The position numbers and the translations under genes are program-made. Positions 36,460-50,930 of a DNA stretch of 64,000 nt are shown one piece after another. The first letter of the stretch is position 1, and each line of letters begins with the position of its first letter. This DNA comes from Eledone cirrhosa (taxonomy: Eukaryota), in the NCBI GenBank assembly GCA_964016885.1, contig OZ024746.1, forward strand, positions 13,578,001 through 13,642,000, in the 5' to 3' direction. Below the pieces are notes generated by a model, which saw only the letters and a list, made by a program, of their open reading frames with translations, was not told the origin of the DNA and searched no databases.

Positions 36460-36908
36460 ATATTGAAGGTTCGTCTTTCTGGATATTTTCAAATTTAGGT
36501 ACTGCCATTTGTTTTTCTTTTTTTGTTTTTCTTTTTTTATTAACCATTTTAACTTTTATCTTCCAAATCTTGTTTGTTTTCGTTTTGTTTTGTATCAGTC
36601 TCTTTCCCCCACCCTTTTTTTTCTTTCTTCACAAAAGCAGGGAGAGAGAAAGAGAGAGAGAGTGAGAAAGTGATTGAAAAAAAGAAATAAAAAAAAAAAA
36701 AAATGTCTTTGCAGAATCAAGAGTAAATTCATGCGGGACAAATTACCCTCTCCATTTTAGCTAAATATCAAGTAATACAATTGTTGAAATAAATGTAGAG
36801 GTAGGGACTAGAGAATCTGTTGTATGCGACTTAGTTGTTTGAATTAATATAGAAGATTAAATTTTTATGCACACATTCTCGCACTTTCCTTGCAGAGTAA
36901 ATTGTTAT

Positions 36909-37106
36909 TTAACTCTTTAGCATTTACGTTACTCTATATCTACCATTGTATTTTCATGGTAAACACTTTATCTCACATAATATCGAATCTATGAGATTTT
37001 GGTATTTATTTTGAGAACAATACCATAACATAACTATGAGCAGCCGGTTATGGCCGGTTTGAATAGAAAGAGGTGAGATAATTCTGGCCGGATGCTGAAG
37101 GGTTAA
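36909..37106 (+). mobile_element. TTAA-flanked piggyBac-like MITE, family 1, orientation A
   Basis: TTAA-CTCTTTAGCATT...GAAGGG-TTAA; shared core TCTCACATAATATCGAATCTATGAGA. Confidence 0.8.
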
Positions 37107-38480
37107 AGCAGTCTCTCAAACTGCGATTCCATCCATCCATTTCTTCACTAAATTTTTGTCTAGTATGAACAATCACCCATTGTTGATTTGAGCAGTTTTC
37201 CAGGAACTGTGCTTGTACTGCAGGCAAATACATGTTTACATGTTTACACCTTAATACATGTTTACACCTTAAACTTCTCTCACTATCAATGATTGCATAT
37301 GGTGGAGATAAACCTGGTGTAATGTTTGCAATACATGCTCTGCTTGAAACTGCCTCTGGGTTCCTGATGCAAAGCTACTCATGTAAATTTTCATATTTTA
37401 TTTATCTTCCAATATTATTTATGTAAAAACATTTATTATATTCCATTTACTAGTTTAATATAGTTATTTTATTCAATCTTTCCAAATTTTTGATTATTTC
37501 TTTACTTGAAACATAAGCAGTGTATTTAAATAGAAATCTGTTTACAAAATGGCTGAAGACTTAACATGCCATATTACTGGCAGTGGGGTGGGAGGTTCTG
37601 TTGTTTTATCTTATCAGATATGCTAGTGTATAAGATAGACTTTTATTATTTTTAAACATGCCCTCACTATATTATATATGTTTTATATGTTTTACATTGT
37701 TTTTATCAGCCATGTACATTGTGGAACATTCTAAATTGCATAGCATTCAATGTACACACAATGCTCACATTCAAACATGTTCAACATATCCATTTACTGT
37801 TGATGAAACGAACATATTCTCTTTTGTTCACTCATGTTCACACTCTTCTTGTGTTTAGACTCAATTTGATCTCTCTCACTTCCTCCCTCCCCTTCTCTCT
37901 CTTCCTCTCCCTCGCTCACTTCTTCCCCTTGTCTCTATATATATCTAATGCCTGTTTCACTATCTCTAATGCTTGTCTATCTAATGTCTCTCTCTTTCTC
38001 TGCCTCACACACTCCATTCATACTATTTGACTAATTCATTTCTTAACCATCTCTCCTATTTTCAAAAATGTTTATCTGTCTCTCTCAGTGTATCTCTTCC
38101 CTCACACACTCCCTAATGCCTGTCTCCATAACAGCCTAACAGTTGCCTATATTTTAGCACCCTTTCTATTAACCCCCCTCTCCACTTCTCCATCAGCCCC
38201 TCCCCAACTCACACTCACTACCCCTCTCCATCTCCCCTTTCACTACATACCCATCCCACACCTCCCCTACCCACATCTTTCTCCATATCGACCTCGCATC
38301 CCTTCCCCCTATATCCCTCCTACTTCAAACCCCACCCCACCTTTCACTCCACCCCTCCCTGTCACTTCACCCTACCTCTAATCTCTCTTTACCTCTCACC
38401 TCATCCCTACCTTATTTCCTATTCTTTCTCTCTCTCTCCTCACTCAGTATATAACTCAACATTTTTTGCACTTCTCTATT

Positions 38481-38483
<3 letters not shown>

Positions 38484-38527
<44 letters not shown>

Positions 38528-38543
38528 TCTCTCTCTTTCTCTT

Positions 38544-38587
<44 letters not shown>

Positions 38588-38619
38588 TTCTCTTTCTCTC
38601 TTCTCTCTCTCTCTTTCTC

Positions 38620-38704
<85 letters not shown>
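38484..38704. repeat. (CT)n polypyrimidine microsatellite
   Basis: Direct inspection. Confidence 0.95.
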
Positions 38705-38708
<4 letters not shown>

Positions 38709-39478
38709 TCAAATATAAATGAAATTTTCAATTAGGAAAAGTTTTTTTTCTTTGTTTTGAATAATGTCTTTACTTTTTGTGAAAAATTTTAGAGAATGTG
38801 TCTTAAGTATATTTATTACCTTTTTTTAACACACACACACACACAATCCAAATGAAGTAATAGCAAAAGTTAGTTTCATTTCTATCTCCGTGTTCTAGTA
38901 TTCATGTATGTGTAAATATCTAACTTGGAAGTCTATTGTCAACCAACACACAACTCACACGTATATATTTGTGTATATATTATGTATATATGTAATTTTC
39001 TTGAACACCAAACATTCTCACTGAATTAACTAATCAACTGATAGAGAAGAAATTACAGGTTGTTTAATATAAGGGTTTGTGAATGATGAGTAGATGCTTA
39101 TAACATTTTTACAAAAAAGTTTTCTTTTCACCTTTCTTGATATAAGAAAAATATGAATTCCATTTCTCATTTTCCTCCCCTCAAATCACCATTTTCTTTA
39201 GTAATATATTTATATTGTTTGAAGGGTGAGTGATGTGAATTGTTTCAGTTAAATGCAAACCATAATGATTCATTTAATATTATATTTATAGTGTTCATTC
39301 ATTTGTTTATTTCATTTAATTTTATCTTGTTTTAAGTTAAGAATGTTTTATTTTTCTAAGTTATTCATTTCATTATTTTGTATACCATGAAATTTGAAAA
39401 AAAAAAAAAAAATTAATTTTTATTACCTATGTAACATAATTTGATTTTACACCCACAGTGGCAGAAAAATACTCCCAA

Positions 39479-39516
<38 letters not shown>

Positions 39517-41389
39517 AGAGAGAGAGAGAGTGTGTGTGTGCATCATCACCATCTTTATGTTCACTTTTCTATGCTGTCATGGGTTTTGAGACAATGATTT
39601 ACAGCCAGATGCTCTTTCTGATAGTTACCCATTTAGTCTCCTCTTATGACACAGGAATATGCTGCACCTATTCTAAAACCCAGGATGGTCAATTTCTGTT
39701 GTGTGTGTGTATAAAATACCCTATCTTGCAATAAACTACATAGCGTGGTTTCCATCTGCAGATTCATAATTTTATTTCTAGAATGCTGCTTACAAATGTG
39801 CGCTATTTCATATAATTTTGACACAATTTATTTTAGTTTTTTTATAAAATCTTCCTCACCATTATTTTCATATTGTCCACATATTGATATACTCATCTGT
39901 GTGTATGTGAATGACTCAATCAACAGGATATCTGTTTATTGTGTAGCTCCAAGTAAACTCTAATTAAACACACCTATTATCAATGACATTTCAAAGATCT
40001 TTTTTTTTTTTTCAGCCATACTATATGTAGTGTACATTATTCAATGTATTCTTTTCAATTTAAGGGATGGACTTTGAGGGAGAATTGGTGCTATTTCTAG
40101 CAGTTTGAGCAAGCACATAGAGATGTTTCCTTTTAGTTTGTGAAATGGTGGCAGTGCATATTTTCTCTTGGCTTCTACAAAGTCTCTCTCATATCATTGT
40201 CATCTACTGTTCATTTTCCCATACATGTATGTATGTGTGTGTGTGCATATATATATATATGGTGGTGAATTGCCAGTTTTTAGAGCAACTCACAAAATGC
40301 TTCATGGAATTTATTCTAGCTCCTTCATAACATAGGATGCAGCATAAGAAATACAAGAAGTAAAGTAAATTCTTTGCAAGTTGACACATCATTGATAAGG
40401 CCACAGTAGTGTGTCAAAAAAGAATTTAGACAAACTGGTTCCCAAGTGCACTGTGTATGCAATCGAATATGCAAATGGGAGAAAAAAATGTACAATACAT
40501 TTAGAAGGGTTCATGTCCTTGTTCAAAGTTGATTATTCACTCCATCACTCTGTAGAATTTCTTTCTATGTAAATACTTACATAATTCAATATAAGGATAT
40601 CAACATTTTAAAATTTTTTTTATTGAAAGATTCTCATCTATAATCCTGGTTTGAAAAATAGAATAGGGAGCAGGGACGACAAAAACAACTGCTTTCATTC
40701 AAACTGCACCAACTATTGAGTTTTCCTTCTTACACATCTGTACACTAACTTGAACATAAATACTGCCATTATTCTGAAATACTATACTTTGGCAAATCAT
40801 CATCATCATCATCATCATCTTCGTTTAACGTCCACTTTCCACGCTAGCATGGGTTAGACTTGAAATGTCTTAAAATGTCTAAGTAAAACCATTGTAAGGT
40901 TTTGTTGTACATAGTTAAAAATTCAGAGTAAATTATTAGATTCAATCTGTGTGTGTGTATGTCTACTCATCAGTTTTGTATAACATCCTTTTGTAAGCAA
41001 CCATGTAGTAGCCTGTGTATGTTTAGAGAAAAAGAGGTGGTGGGTTGACAGAATTGGTAGTATCAGATAAAATGCCATTTCAGTATTTGTTCTGGCTCTT
41101 TACATTCTGAGTTCAAACCCCACCAATGTCAGCTTTGCCTTTCAATAAAGTACCAGTCAAGTACTGGGGTTAATTTAATCAATATTGGCCTTGTCTAAAT
41201 TAGAAATCAATATTTTGAGAAGAAATATAGGTGGTAGGAGGAAGCACTCTTTAAAAATAGAATGAGCAATGACTCCGCTTATTGAGTGGATCAGTGGAAC
41301 ATTCCATGTTACTTCTAAATAAGAAATCATATTCTCATCATATTGTAAAAGAACTCCTTGACTCTTCATCTATTGATTATGATCCAAGC

Positions 41390-41516
41390 CAGTGGTTCCC
41401 AAAGGAGCGTCTGGGGTTCCATGAAAAAGGATAGAGGAGTATTAGACTTTGGGGTTTTCCCCAAAAGTTTCTCAACCAAAAAGGGTTCTGCATTTGAAAA
41501 TGTTTGGGAAACCCTG
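41390..41516. mobile_element. hAT-type MITE
   Basis: TIRs CAGTGGTTCCCAAA / TTTGGGAAACCCTG; 8-bp TSD ATCCAAGC / ATCTAAGC. Confidence 0.8.
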
Positions 41517-44500
41517 ATCTAAGCATATAACAGTGTACATAATGTGAAATGTTACAGAAATGAAGTATACCTCTCTCTAACTTTATTTGTAGTGACCTTC
41601 CTTAAAATCACTGGCTATGGTGCTTTTTTGAGAGGTAGGGGGTTGGATCTGTTGTGATATGAACTGATTGGCAGCCATTTTCATAATGTTTAGTTTTAAT
41701 TACCATATATACTCATGTGTAAACTGAGAAATATGTGGTAAAATGGAGTGGGGCTGGGGGATCGACTAATGTTTGAGGCCAATATTTTGCTAATTTTCAT
41801 TAACTTCAAATTCTATGTAAATGAGGTGCTAAAATATTTTCACTTTGGAGGTAAATATTACATCAGTTTTACTTTGGACGTAAATATTGCACTGGTTTCA
41901 CATGGGTCGTGGATGTTTCACCTTAGAGGTGAAATGTGTTATTTATGTGTTTCAAATGAATAAGGCTGTCAAAATGGTCGGAAATTGGTAAAAAGTCATT
42001 CTGTAATGGAATTGGGAAACAAAAACTATATTCTAAATGACATTTCAAACATTTTAAATATCAAAATATTAAACCTTCATAAATATTCTCTACTGATGAG
42101 AATTTAACAACCACCTGAACATGTGTTGATTACCTGCTTCGAGGGTTTGGAATTTTGCCCATTTTTTAGACATAAAAATGAGGGTTGTCTTATATTCGAA
42201 TATATATGGTAATTTTCCTATAAATTCATGAATGTCTGTTTTCAATGTAACATTCTTCACAATCCATTATAGGAAGTAGTATATATTTTAGTTAAGAGCA
42301 CATACTCTAAAGATGTCTTCACTAGCCAATTTTGTAAACTCTTATCTTGATTGGTATTGTGTTAGCAGTAAACCTAATTGAATTTATTCAAATTCTGAAG
42401 GAAAACTGTTAAATGAATTTTATAATTATTGCTTGAAGGTATTGATTTTGTATGCCCTGTTTTCACCATGTGTTAGTAGTTAGGATACTATACAAATTGG
42501 ATGTTTTTGAAGGTTTTGTACCATATTCCATTTGACAAACTTGTCATCCAAGAATTCTTGATAATGTTTGCTTTGTGAATGATTAATGGATGTTTTTAGT
42601 TAATCATTTGCTAAGTGCTTCAGAATAATGGAAGCATATTAGGCATCCAGTTAGTTACTTCAATATACTTATAAAAGAAAAAAAACCCAGCAGTTATGTA
42701 TGTCTGGTGTAGTTTTAACAGAAAAAGATGTGCTTTGTTTCTGCTTTGTTTCTGTTTTGATAGAACAGGATTTTAAAGTAAATTTAAAAACCGCTTTAAG
42801 AAGGAAAAAAAAAATGAAACAAAAACGTTTTTGTATTGAATTTTGTAGCTGTCTGTGTTTAGATTTATTAACAAAGTTCTCTTGTTCAGTTGTCACCAGT
42901 TTTATTACATCCCAAATCTTATTTCAATACTTTGAATATAATGATAGAAAAGAATTGCTTTTGTATTATTTGAAATTCTATTTTACTTAGTTTTCCCCTT
43001 TCCCACTCTCATATACTAATTTTCTGATTATATCAAGTGTTTGCATTAGGGATATTTAGTGTTTCTTGGCAAAATAATATTGTTTGGTTTACCAGTAGAG
43101 TTTATTTTGTTCTTTTTATTACTTTTTCTGAAGCTTAGAATTATAATTGTTAAATTTCATGATTTTAATCTTTTGCCATATTTATTTATTTGAGAAATTG
43201 ACTGTTAAGATAATTAGAATAAGTTATTACTTAAGCTAATAGTATTATATAACAGTTGTCATTCTAAATTTGGTAGCTTTAAATACTTTCATTGGACAAG
43301 AAAAATGAAATAACCTTCAGAATGTTACTCCCATTGATTGATAAAATAACCTTCAGAATTTTACTCCCATTGATTGATAAAATAAATTCAATGGCATCCC
43401 TTATTTCAGATCAATTCAGAAGGAATTATGGATTAAATAAAAGCGTCAATGGGACAGAAGATTTCTGGATTTAAATTTGGTTCCACACTGTTGATGTTGG
43501 CAGAAATCTTACGGAAATTAAAAAAAAACAACAACAAAAAAACTCTCCATCAGATTCTCCTGGTACAGTTTACGAATTTGTTGATAAAGCTTCCTTGGTC
43601 CTAATACATTTTGATGATAGGATAAAAGCTGGTGTAACAAGGAAAATATGGCTAAAATCAATGTTTGGATTGCCTGAGCAACAGGAACAGCAGCTATTGC
43701 ACAGCTGAATGTCATAACATCAGGATATACATATACATATATATATATATGTATGTGTGTGTGTATATATATATGCACACACATATACACCATTGGAACT
43801 TCCAGTTTTATTTATTCGTTGTGTTGAGTAAGGAGGGGGAAGAACTGGTATGGAATTGATTAACAAAATTGGAGTTGGTTGCTTCTGCTGGGATATTTTA
43901 GCAATGAGAATTCTTTTCACATGGATTAATACCAAAAGATGAAAGGAAAACATACTTTTACAAAACCAAAGTCTTCTTTGCAAAAGGATTTTATATTATG
44001 TGTGTTTACATCTTGGTTGTATTGACTGATCCATTTGAAAGGATACAAACTATCAAACTGGCTCCATTTTTGCCAATTTCAGTTTCTAAATTTTTTTTTT
44101 TACGGAGAGAGAAATCATAGTAATTCCTCCGTAGATATGAATTCCATTTCCCTCCAAGAAAAACATAAAAAAAAAATCACTAGATAATACTTTACATTTA
44201 CTCATCAGTGAATTGATAGTTATTTTAGAGACTTACATAGTCTCATGTACTTAACTTTGAATCTTATTACACCACACCTGTAAGAGAAACAGGTGCTTCA
44301 CTAATGGAATGTTATTTTACATTGTTTTGGTTTCTTTTTTTGTTTTATTTTTTGTCTTAGAAAAACAAATCAAATGACTCTCATTAAGCACAAAACATTT
44401 TCATGATGTGTGTTAAGAATCTCCAGTTTGTAAACGCACTGACTTATAAAGTAAACATAATGGCTGGCGGTAGTAGTGGTGGGGGTTAAAAGTTTCAGCA

Positions 44501-46074
44501 ACATTTCGATTATTTATTCACACTTAAAGGTGAGGGATGGTGGGATGGTTAAAAAAAGAAGACAAAAACCCCCACAAAAACAAACAAACGAACAAAAAAC
44601 AATAACAAGGGAAAAAAAAACAACTGCTGAAGCTATTTGTTTTTCTTAGATATTTATGAATTCATAAAACCTAACTTTAACATCCATTTTACTTGGACAT
44701 GTATAACATGAATAATAAAACTTTATTTGATTTTGATGAAAAAAATCTTTTTTTTCCTATGAAAATTTATGATTTAAACATTTTTTTTATTAGTATTTCA
44801 CATTATTTTTTATAAAACTTGTCACATTACACATAATACTACTTAGTATATATTTCAATAAGGAAGAACATATAGGCATAAAATACTTGTCCACACTTCA
44901 TTCAAATGTCTGAATTTCTTAAATTACAATGGTTCATTCACAAGAACTCAATTTCTTTTTTGTTGGATGGCTCCCAAACTTATCATATATTTCAATTATA
45001 TATTTAATAGCCTCATAATTAGAAAACAGAATATCAAGTTACATAAAACATACAGATGCTGATGCTTATAGGTTTTGGTACTTTTTGAAAACAAACAAAA
45101 AAAACAAGCAATTACTTGTTTTGTGTATATTGGATATTTTGGCAAACTATATTATATGAAGAGAATGGCTAGCTATATGTTTCAACATATTAAATAGAAA
45201 TATCTTCAGAATAATTTAAGAATTTTTTTGTTGTTATAATTAGGAAAATAAGCTCATGCTTAACAATTTTGTTAGCTTACATTGAAGAGAAAACTAACGC
45301 GTGCAAAATAATTTATTTCCAAAATATTTTTGAAATTTTTTTTTTTATATGAAAGCACTAAAACTGTTTAGCTCAATCTTTTTGTTTGAAGTTAAATTTG
45401 CTAAGTTTCCAATTTATTTTATGTACTCATCAATCACTTAATTTGTTTGTGGGTGGTGGCAGAGGTAGATGAAATATGGATATCAGCAATTTTAGTTAAA
45501 GAATATTATTTACCTGTCTGAGATAAGTTTGTTGGCTTTGTTCCAATTAAGGAACGGTTCAGACTGTTTTATTTACTCTCTTTCTCTAACATGCACAGTA
45601 ACATTTAGGCAACTTTATTCAAGCTAGTAACTATATAGATGAGTTTCCCATATGTTCATTCACCTGAATATCAGCCAAGCTTTTCAACATGATTTGAAAC
45701 CAATGTTTTTGGAACTGATTAACCATAAACTCTTTATAGTTTATCTTGTCAGCATCAGTAATGTATTCATGGGGAAATAAACATCAGCAGAATGTTTTCA
45801 AACTTAATCATCTTTAATAATCTTTTTTTTTCTTTAGATATGTGTGTATTTTGTTTTCCTTTTGGGTATAAATCAGTTATTTTTAACTCTTTGGATACCA
45901 AACCACTTGAAATTGCCCCTGGTTCTGAGATACAAATCAGTTTATTTTGATGTGTTTATATTTATCTAAAAACATTCCATCATTTTATGTCAAAACACCA
46001 GATGACTAATGAGAAAGTTAGTTTTGTTATTGAATCCCACCAAACTATTGAATGCTTTCAAAATAATTTGAAAA

Positions 46075-47125
46075 TCATAGGTAGTGTCTTTCATTAGAAA
46101 TATGGCAACGAAAGGGTTCCTGACATAGACAGACAGTGTCTTTCATTAGAAATATGGCAACGAAAGGGTTAATGACGTAGGCAATGTCTTTCATTAGAAA
46201 TATGGCAACGAAAGGGTTAATGACGTAGGCAATGTCTTTCATTAGAAATATGGCAACAAAAGGGTTAATAACATAATGTCTTTCATTAGAAATATGGCAA
46301 CGAAAGGGTTACTGACATAGGTAGTGTCTTTCATTAGAAATATGGTAATGAAAGGGTGAATGACATAGGTAGTGTCTTTCATTAGAAATATGGCAACGAA
46401 AGAGTTAATGATATAGACAGTGTCTTTCATTAGAAATATGGCAACGAAAGGGTTAATGATATAGACAGTGTCTTTCATTAGAAATATGGCAACGAAAGGG
46501 TTAATGATATAGACAGTGTCTTTCATTAGAAATATGGCAACGAAAGGGTTAATGATATAGACAGTGTCTTTCATTAGAAATATGGCAATGAAAGGGTTAA
46601 TGACATAGGTAGTGTCTTTCATTAGAAATATGGCAATGAAAGGGTGAATGACATAGGTAGTGTCTTTCATTAGAAATATGGCAACGAAAGAGTTGATGAT
46701 ATAGACAGTGTCTTTCATTAGAAATATGGCAACGAAAGGGTGAATGATATAGACAGTGTCTTTCATTAGAAATATGGCAACGAAAGGGTTAATGATATAG
46801 ACAGTGTCTTTCATTAGAAATATGGCAACGAAAGGGTTAATGATATAGACAGTGTCTTTCATTAGAAATATGGCAATGAAAGGGTTAATGACATAAGTAG
46901 TGTCTTTCATTAGAAATATGGCAATGAAAGGGTGAATGACATAGGTAGTGTCTTTCATTAGAAATATGGCAACGAAAGAGTTAATGATATAGACAGTGTC
47001 TTTCATTAGAAATATGGCAACGAAAGGGTTAATGATATAGACAGTGTCTTTCATTAGAAATATGGCAATGAAAGGGTTAATGACATAGGTAGTGTCTTTC
47101 ATTAGAAATATGGTAAGGAAAGTAT
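46075..47125. repeat. 48-bp minisatellite, about 21 units, derived from a TTAA-MITE terminus
   Basis: Unit AGTGTCTTTCATTAGAAATATGGCAACGAAAGGGTTAATGATATAGAC; 16-aa periodicity in the minus-strand ORF. Confidence 0.95.
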
Positions 47126-48288
47126 TAAAGTAGGTTTTGAATGTTTTGTATCAGATTTCTATATTTTTTTGTATACTGTGCTAAATGTTAGAAAAGAGTT
47201 GTACATTTTACCAGTCACTCTTAAATTTCTCTAAGTCTAAAATAGGGCTAGCCACAACACTTTCAGTGAGTCTATTGGAAGGTTTTGAAAGGCTTTTACC
47301 TAAATTTAGGTCTTCCATATCTATTTTCGTTTCCTATTTTTTGAGATATATGGATGATGAAACTGTTATTGTATTTCATTCTGTTTACTTCAAATGCTTT
47401 GCTTGACTGGTAAGCTCCCTTATCTGGTGGTATAAAGGTTGGCAAAAGGTGGAATTTGTGTGCAAGAATGTAATTCAAACTCAGTAAGATATAGTTAGGG
47501 ACATTCTATTTGGAGATTTAAATTGGTCAAATAAGTTGGAAACTTAGGCTTGTTTCCCCTCTATATTATGGACAGAAGATGAAAATATCAATCAATGTAT
47601 TCTTCTCAAGCAATAAGCAGGTTTCACAAGTCTATATAAAACATTTGGTTTTTAGGTATATTACTTGGTTATTTGCAGTAAAAGAGTAAGAATTGGAAGT
47701 CTGTTACAATCATTTCATTAATGTTGGCAACTTTTGGACAAATCTCAAAATATTTAACTGAAATAAGATCATAATTCTTGTTCATTATTTTTTCTTCCTT
47801 CAATTCCAGAAAAAGTTATTTTTAATACTTATTTATAATTATTGATAATGTATAGTTCTGGTGAATTGAACTTAAGCAGCCTTATGGCATAAGATGTAGC
47901 TAATCCAAGTAATTGATTTGTGTTGGTGTTGTATCAGGTCAGCTCTCATTGATAAAAACACAACTTAGTCACAACCATCCTATTTGTCTGATAAGATGTA
48001 TTTAGAGTCAAATTATGCAATCTGTTCTTTGTTGCTGTTGTTTTTAAAAAAAGATTGTAAGTTATAATTCAAGAGTTTCTCTATCATGTTGATAAAGTTA
48101 TCCTGTAGGTTCACAAGAGCATTGTGCTGGTTTCATCAGTGGTTTTAGCTATGGTTATGAATTTTAGTAATGTGAATCAGATTTTAACCCTTTCATCACC
48201 GTATTTCTGCTGGTTTCAACTAGGTTTGCATATAACCAAACATTTAGAAGAATTTAACAGAAACTTAGTTTTTCATTAGTAAACATTA

Positions 48289-48509
48289 CTTAGCATTTAC
48301 ATTATATATATTATTGCATTTTGTGGTAAATGCTTTATCTTACATAATTATCTCACATAATATTGAGTCTGAGATTTTAATGATATTATTTATTTTGAGA
48401 ACAATACCATAATGTCAGTGTGTCTGGGCAGCCAGTTATGGATGGTTTGAACAGAAAGAGTTGAGAGAATTCTGGCCAGATACAGTTGGTTTTATTGCTA
48501 AAGGGTTAA
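48289..48509 (+). mobile_element. TTAA MITE family 1, orientation A
   Basis: TAGCATTTACATT...GCTAAAGGGTTAA; matches the other copies. Confidence 0.75.
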
Positions 48510-48689
48510 GAAAAATTTCTAAAATAAATTATGATGATAGGTTTTAATATAAGGGTGAGCAGTTTTGTATTATAAATCAAGTTCAGTTTGAAGTGATATA
48601 AAAAGGGTTAACTCATGTGTTTTTACATAGAAGTAAGATTTAAATTATTATTATTGACAGTTCATTATGTGTTTGAATTTGAGAATGTT

Positions 48690-48820
48690 TCAGATATATC
48701 AATATTGAAATGTTTCTGATATATCAATATAGAACTGCTTCAGATATATCAATATTGAACTGCTTCAGATATATCAATATTGAACTGCTTCAGATATATC
48801 AATATTGAATGCTTCAGATC
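48690..48820. repeat. ~25-bp tandem repeat, 5 units
   Basis: TTCAGATATATCAATATTGAACTGC repeated. Confidence 0.85.
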
Positions 48821-48910
48821 CTAATACATGCTTTGTATGATAGTAATGGCTACCTTGCTTGAGAAGCTGTTTGGAAAGTGGGAACAGTTATTTTTATCTT
48901 TAACCCGTTT

Positions 48911-49177
48911 GTTACCAAAATACCTGAAACGCCTGTGGCCATATGTTACTGAAACACCTGTGGCCATATATTACCAAAATACCTGAAACACCTGTGGCCA
49001 TATGTTACCAAAATACCTGAAACACCTGTGGCCATATGTTACCAAAATACCTGAAACCCCTGTGGCCATATGTTACCAAAATACCTGAAACACCTGTGGC
49101 CATATGTTACCAAAATACCTGAAACCCCTGTGGCCATATGTTACCAAAGCATGTGAAACCACTTGTGGTTATGTTAA
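48911..49177. repeat. 34-bp minisatellite (GTTACCAAAATACCTGAAACACCTGTGGCCATAT), about 8 units
   Basis: Direct inspection; starts just after TTAACCCGTTT. Confidence 0.9.
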
Positions 49178-49192
49178 CAAAACACTCATAAC

Positions 49193-49340
49193 CAGGCATG
49201 TCAAACATGCGGCCCTCACAAAGGTTTTTACATCGCGAACATGTTTTATCTTCGTAATATAAAATAAAAAAATGTGTTGTAATGTGTGCAATTAGTTGTC
49301 GTATGTGGCCCTCAGGGAGACCCTCAGTTTGACATACCTG
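49193..49340. mobile_element. hAT-type MITE
   Basis: TIRs CAGGCATGTCAAAC / GTTTGACATACCTG; TSD CTCATAAC / CTCAAAAC. Confidence 0.85.
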
Positions 49341-50479
49341 CTCAAAACCACCCTGGTTCACTTACATTTTAATCAAAATACTGACATCATGTTAGTAATG
49401 ACGTGGTTTGTTCACCATCTGACATTGTTATGAGGTTAATCTGTGTTTATGGGTTTTTTTTCTTCTCAAATACCAAATCCTTTATTTTTCTTATATAAAT
49501 ATAATGTTTTAACTTTTGCGAATTTCTTTATGAAATTAGTATAGTATAAGTTAGAGTTGAATTAATTTTTAATGCAGGGTCAGGTGTGTGCTGCAATCAA
49601 TCATATGTGAACTTTGAAAGTAGATGTTTCAATTTCTGTTAGTGAAAACTTTTCTTCCAAAATTGTTGTCGGAAACCTGTTGCCTATTTACTTTCATTTA
49701 TTTCAATTGAGGTCTTCCATATAATAACAGTACAACTAATCGCTACACAAAATGTAAACAAAGAAAAAAGAAGAAACTGAATTAAATTAAGGCATTTTCA
49801 CAACAACAACAACAACAACAATAATAATAATGGTTTCTTATATAGCCACAAGGCCAGCAATTTGGGGAGAGCAGAAAGTCGATTAAATCGACTCCATAAT
49901 GGATATTTAGGAAGCTATATAAATATTGGCTAATAACTCATTTTATATATTTTTAAACAAAATTTCAATAAAATTTGAAAAATGTTACAGATAACTGTAA
50001 ATAATTTTTGAATTAATCAGGTAAACTACCCCTAGAAACTGAAAAAAGTAGGTAGCCCTGTGGGAATTGAAGCACATATACTTCAAATTTCCCAGTTTTA
50101 AACATTTTTATTGAATTCAAAACACCTTTTTTAAAAATATGTCAGCAAGCTTAGCTTCACTAATGTTTACTGCTAACATGTGAAGGCAAGTCCATTTGTA
50201 ATTATATATTGGAAATCACATACCGCATTTTCTTGTGCACAATATAAGAAATTTTGAACTAAAGAGCAAAAAAAGGGGTTTGGATTGGAGGGTTGTATTA
50301 TGCAGAAGCACACATTTTCAAAAATACTCATACTATATCAAGTATTCACTGCAAGTATTTAACTGCAAAATACTATTTCAGTTTATTTGGAGGTAAAGAT
50401 ATTTTTGTGAGTCTTTTGGATTAAGAAAAATAACAAATGGATTCAAATATAAAAACCAAATAAGATTTTGATGGATAAC

Positions 50480-50930
50480 TTAATCCTTTCATGACCATAT
50501 TTCTATTGAAATACACTCTATTTCAATTAATTAATGAAGAATTTTGAGGGATTTACTAAAATTATCAATTATTTTATTACTAAGATAGTGGCTTAACCCT
50601 TTAGCATTCTCATTACTCTATATTTACTATTATATGTTCATGGTAAAGGCTTTATCTCACATAATATCGAATCTATGAGAATTTGATATTATTTATTTTA
50701 AGAACAATACCTTAACATCAGTTTGGGCAACCAGTTACAGCCGGTTTCAACAAAAAGAGGTAGATAATTCTGGCCGGTTTTGGCCTGTTTGAACATTAAA
50801 GGGTTTAATGTAAGGTTCTGCTATAAAATTATGTTGGAAGATTTTAATTTTATTTGGAAACTTTTAAAATGGGTGATTTATTTTATAGAATCAAAGCTAG
50901 GTTTTGCTGGATTGGCAACAAAAGGGTTAA
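50480..50930 (+). mobile_element. TTAA MITE family 2 with a family 1 copy (50593-50808, orientation A) nested at an internal TTAA
   Basis: Outer parts are the reverse complement of the uninterrupted copy at 57257-57497. Confidence 0.8.

Noticed and set aside
46242-47102. 286-aa repetitive ORF, or CRISPR-like array
   Set aside because: 48-bp tandem repeat without unique spacers, in eukaryotic DNA with no cas genes
49578-49583. 6-nt microexon CAG|GGTCAG|GTGTGT
   Set aside because: Weak donor and no independent support
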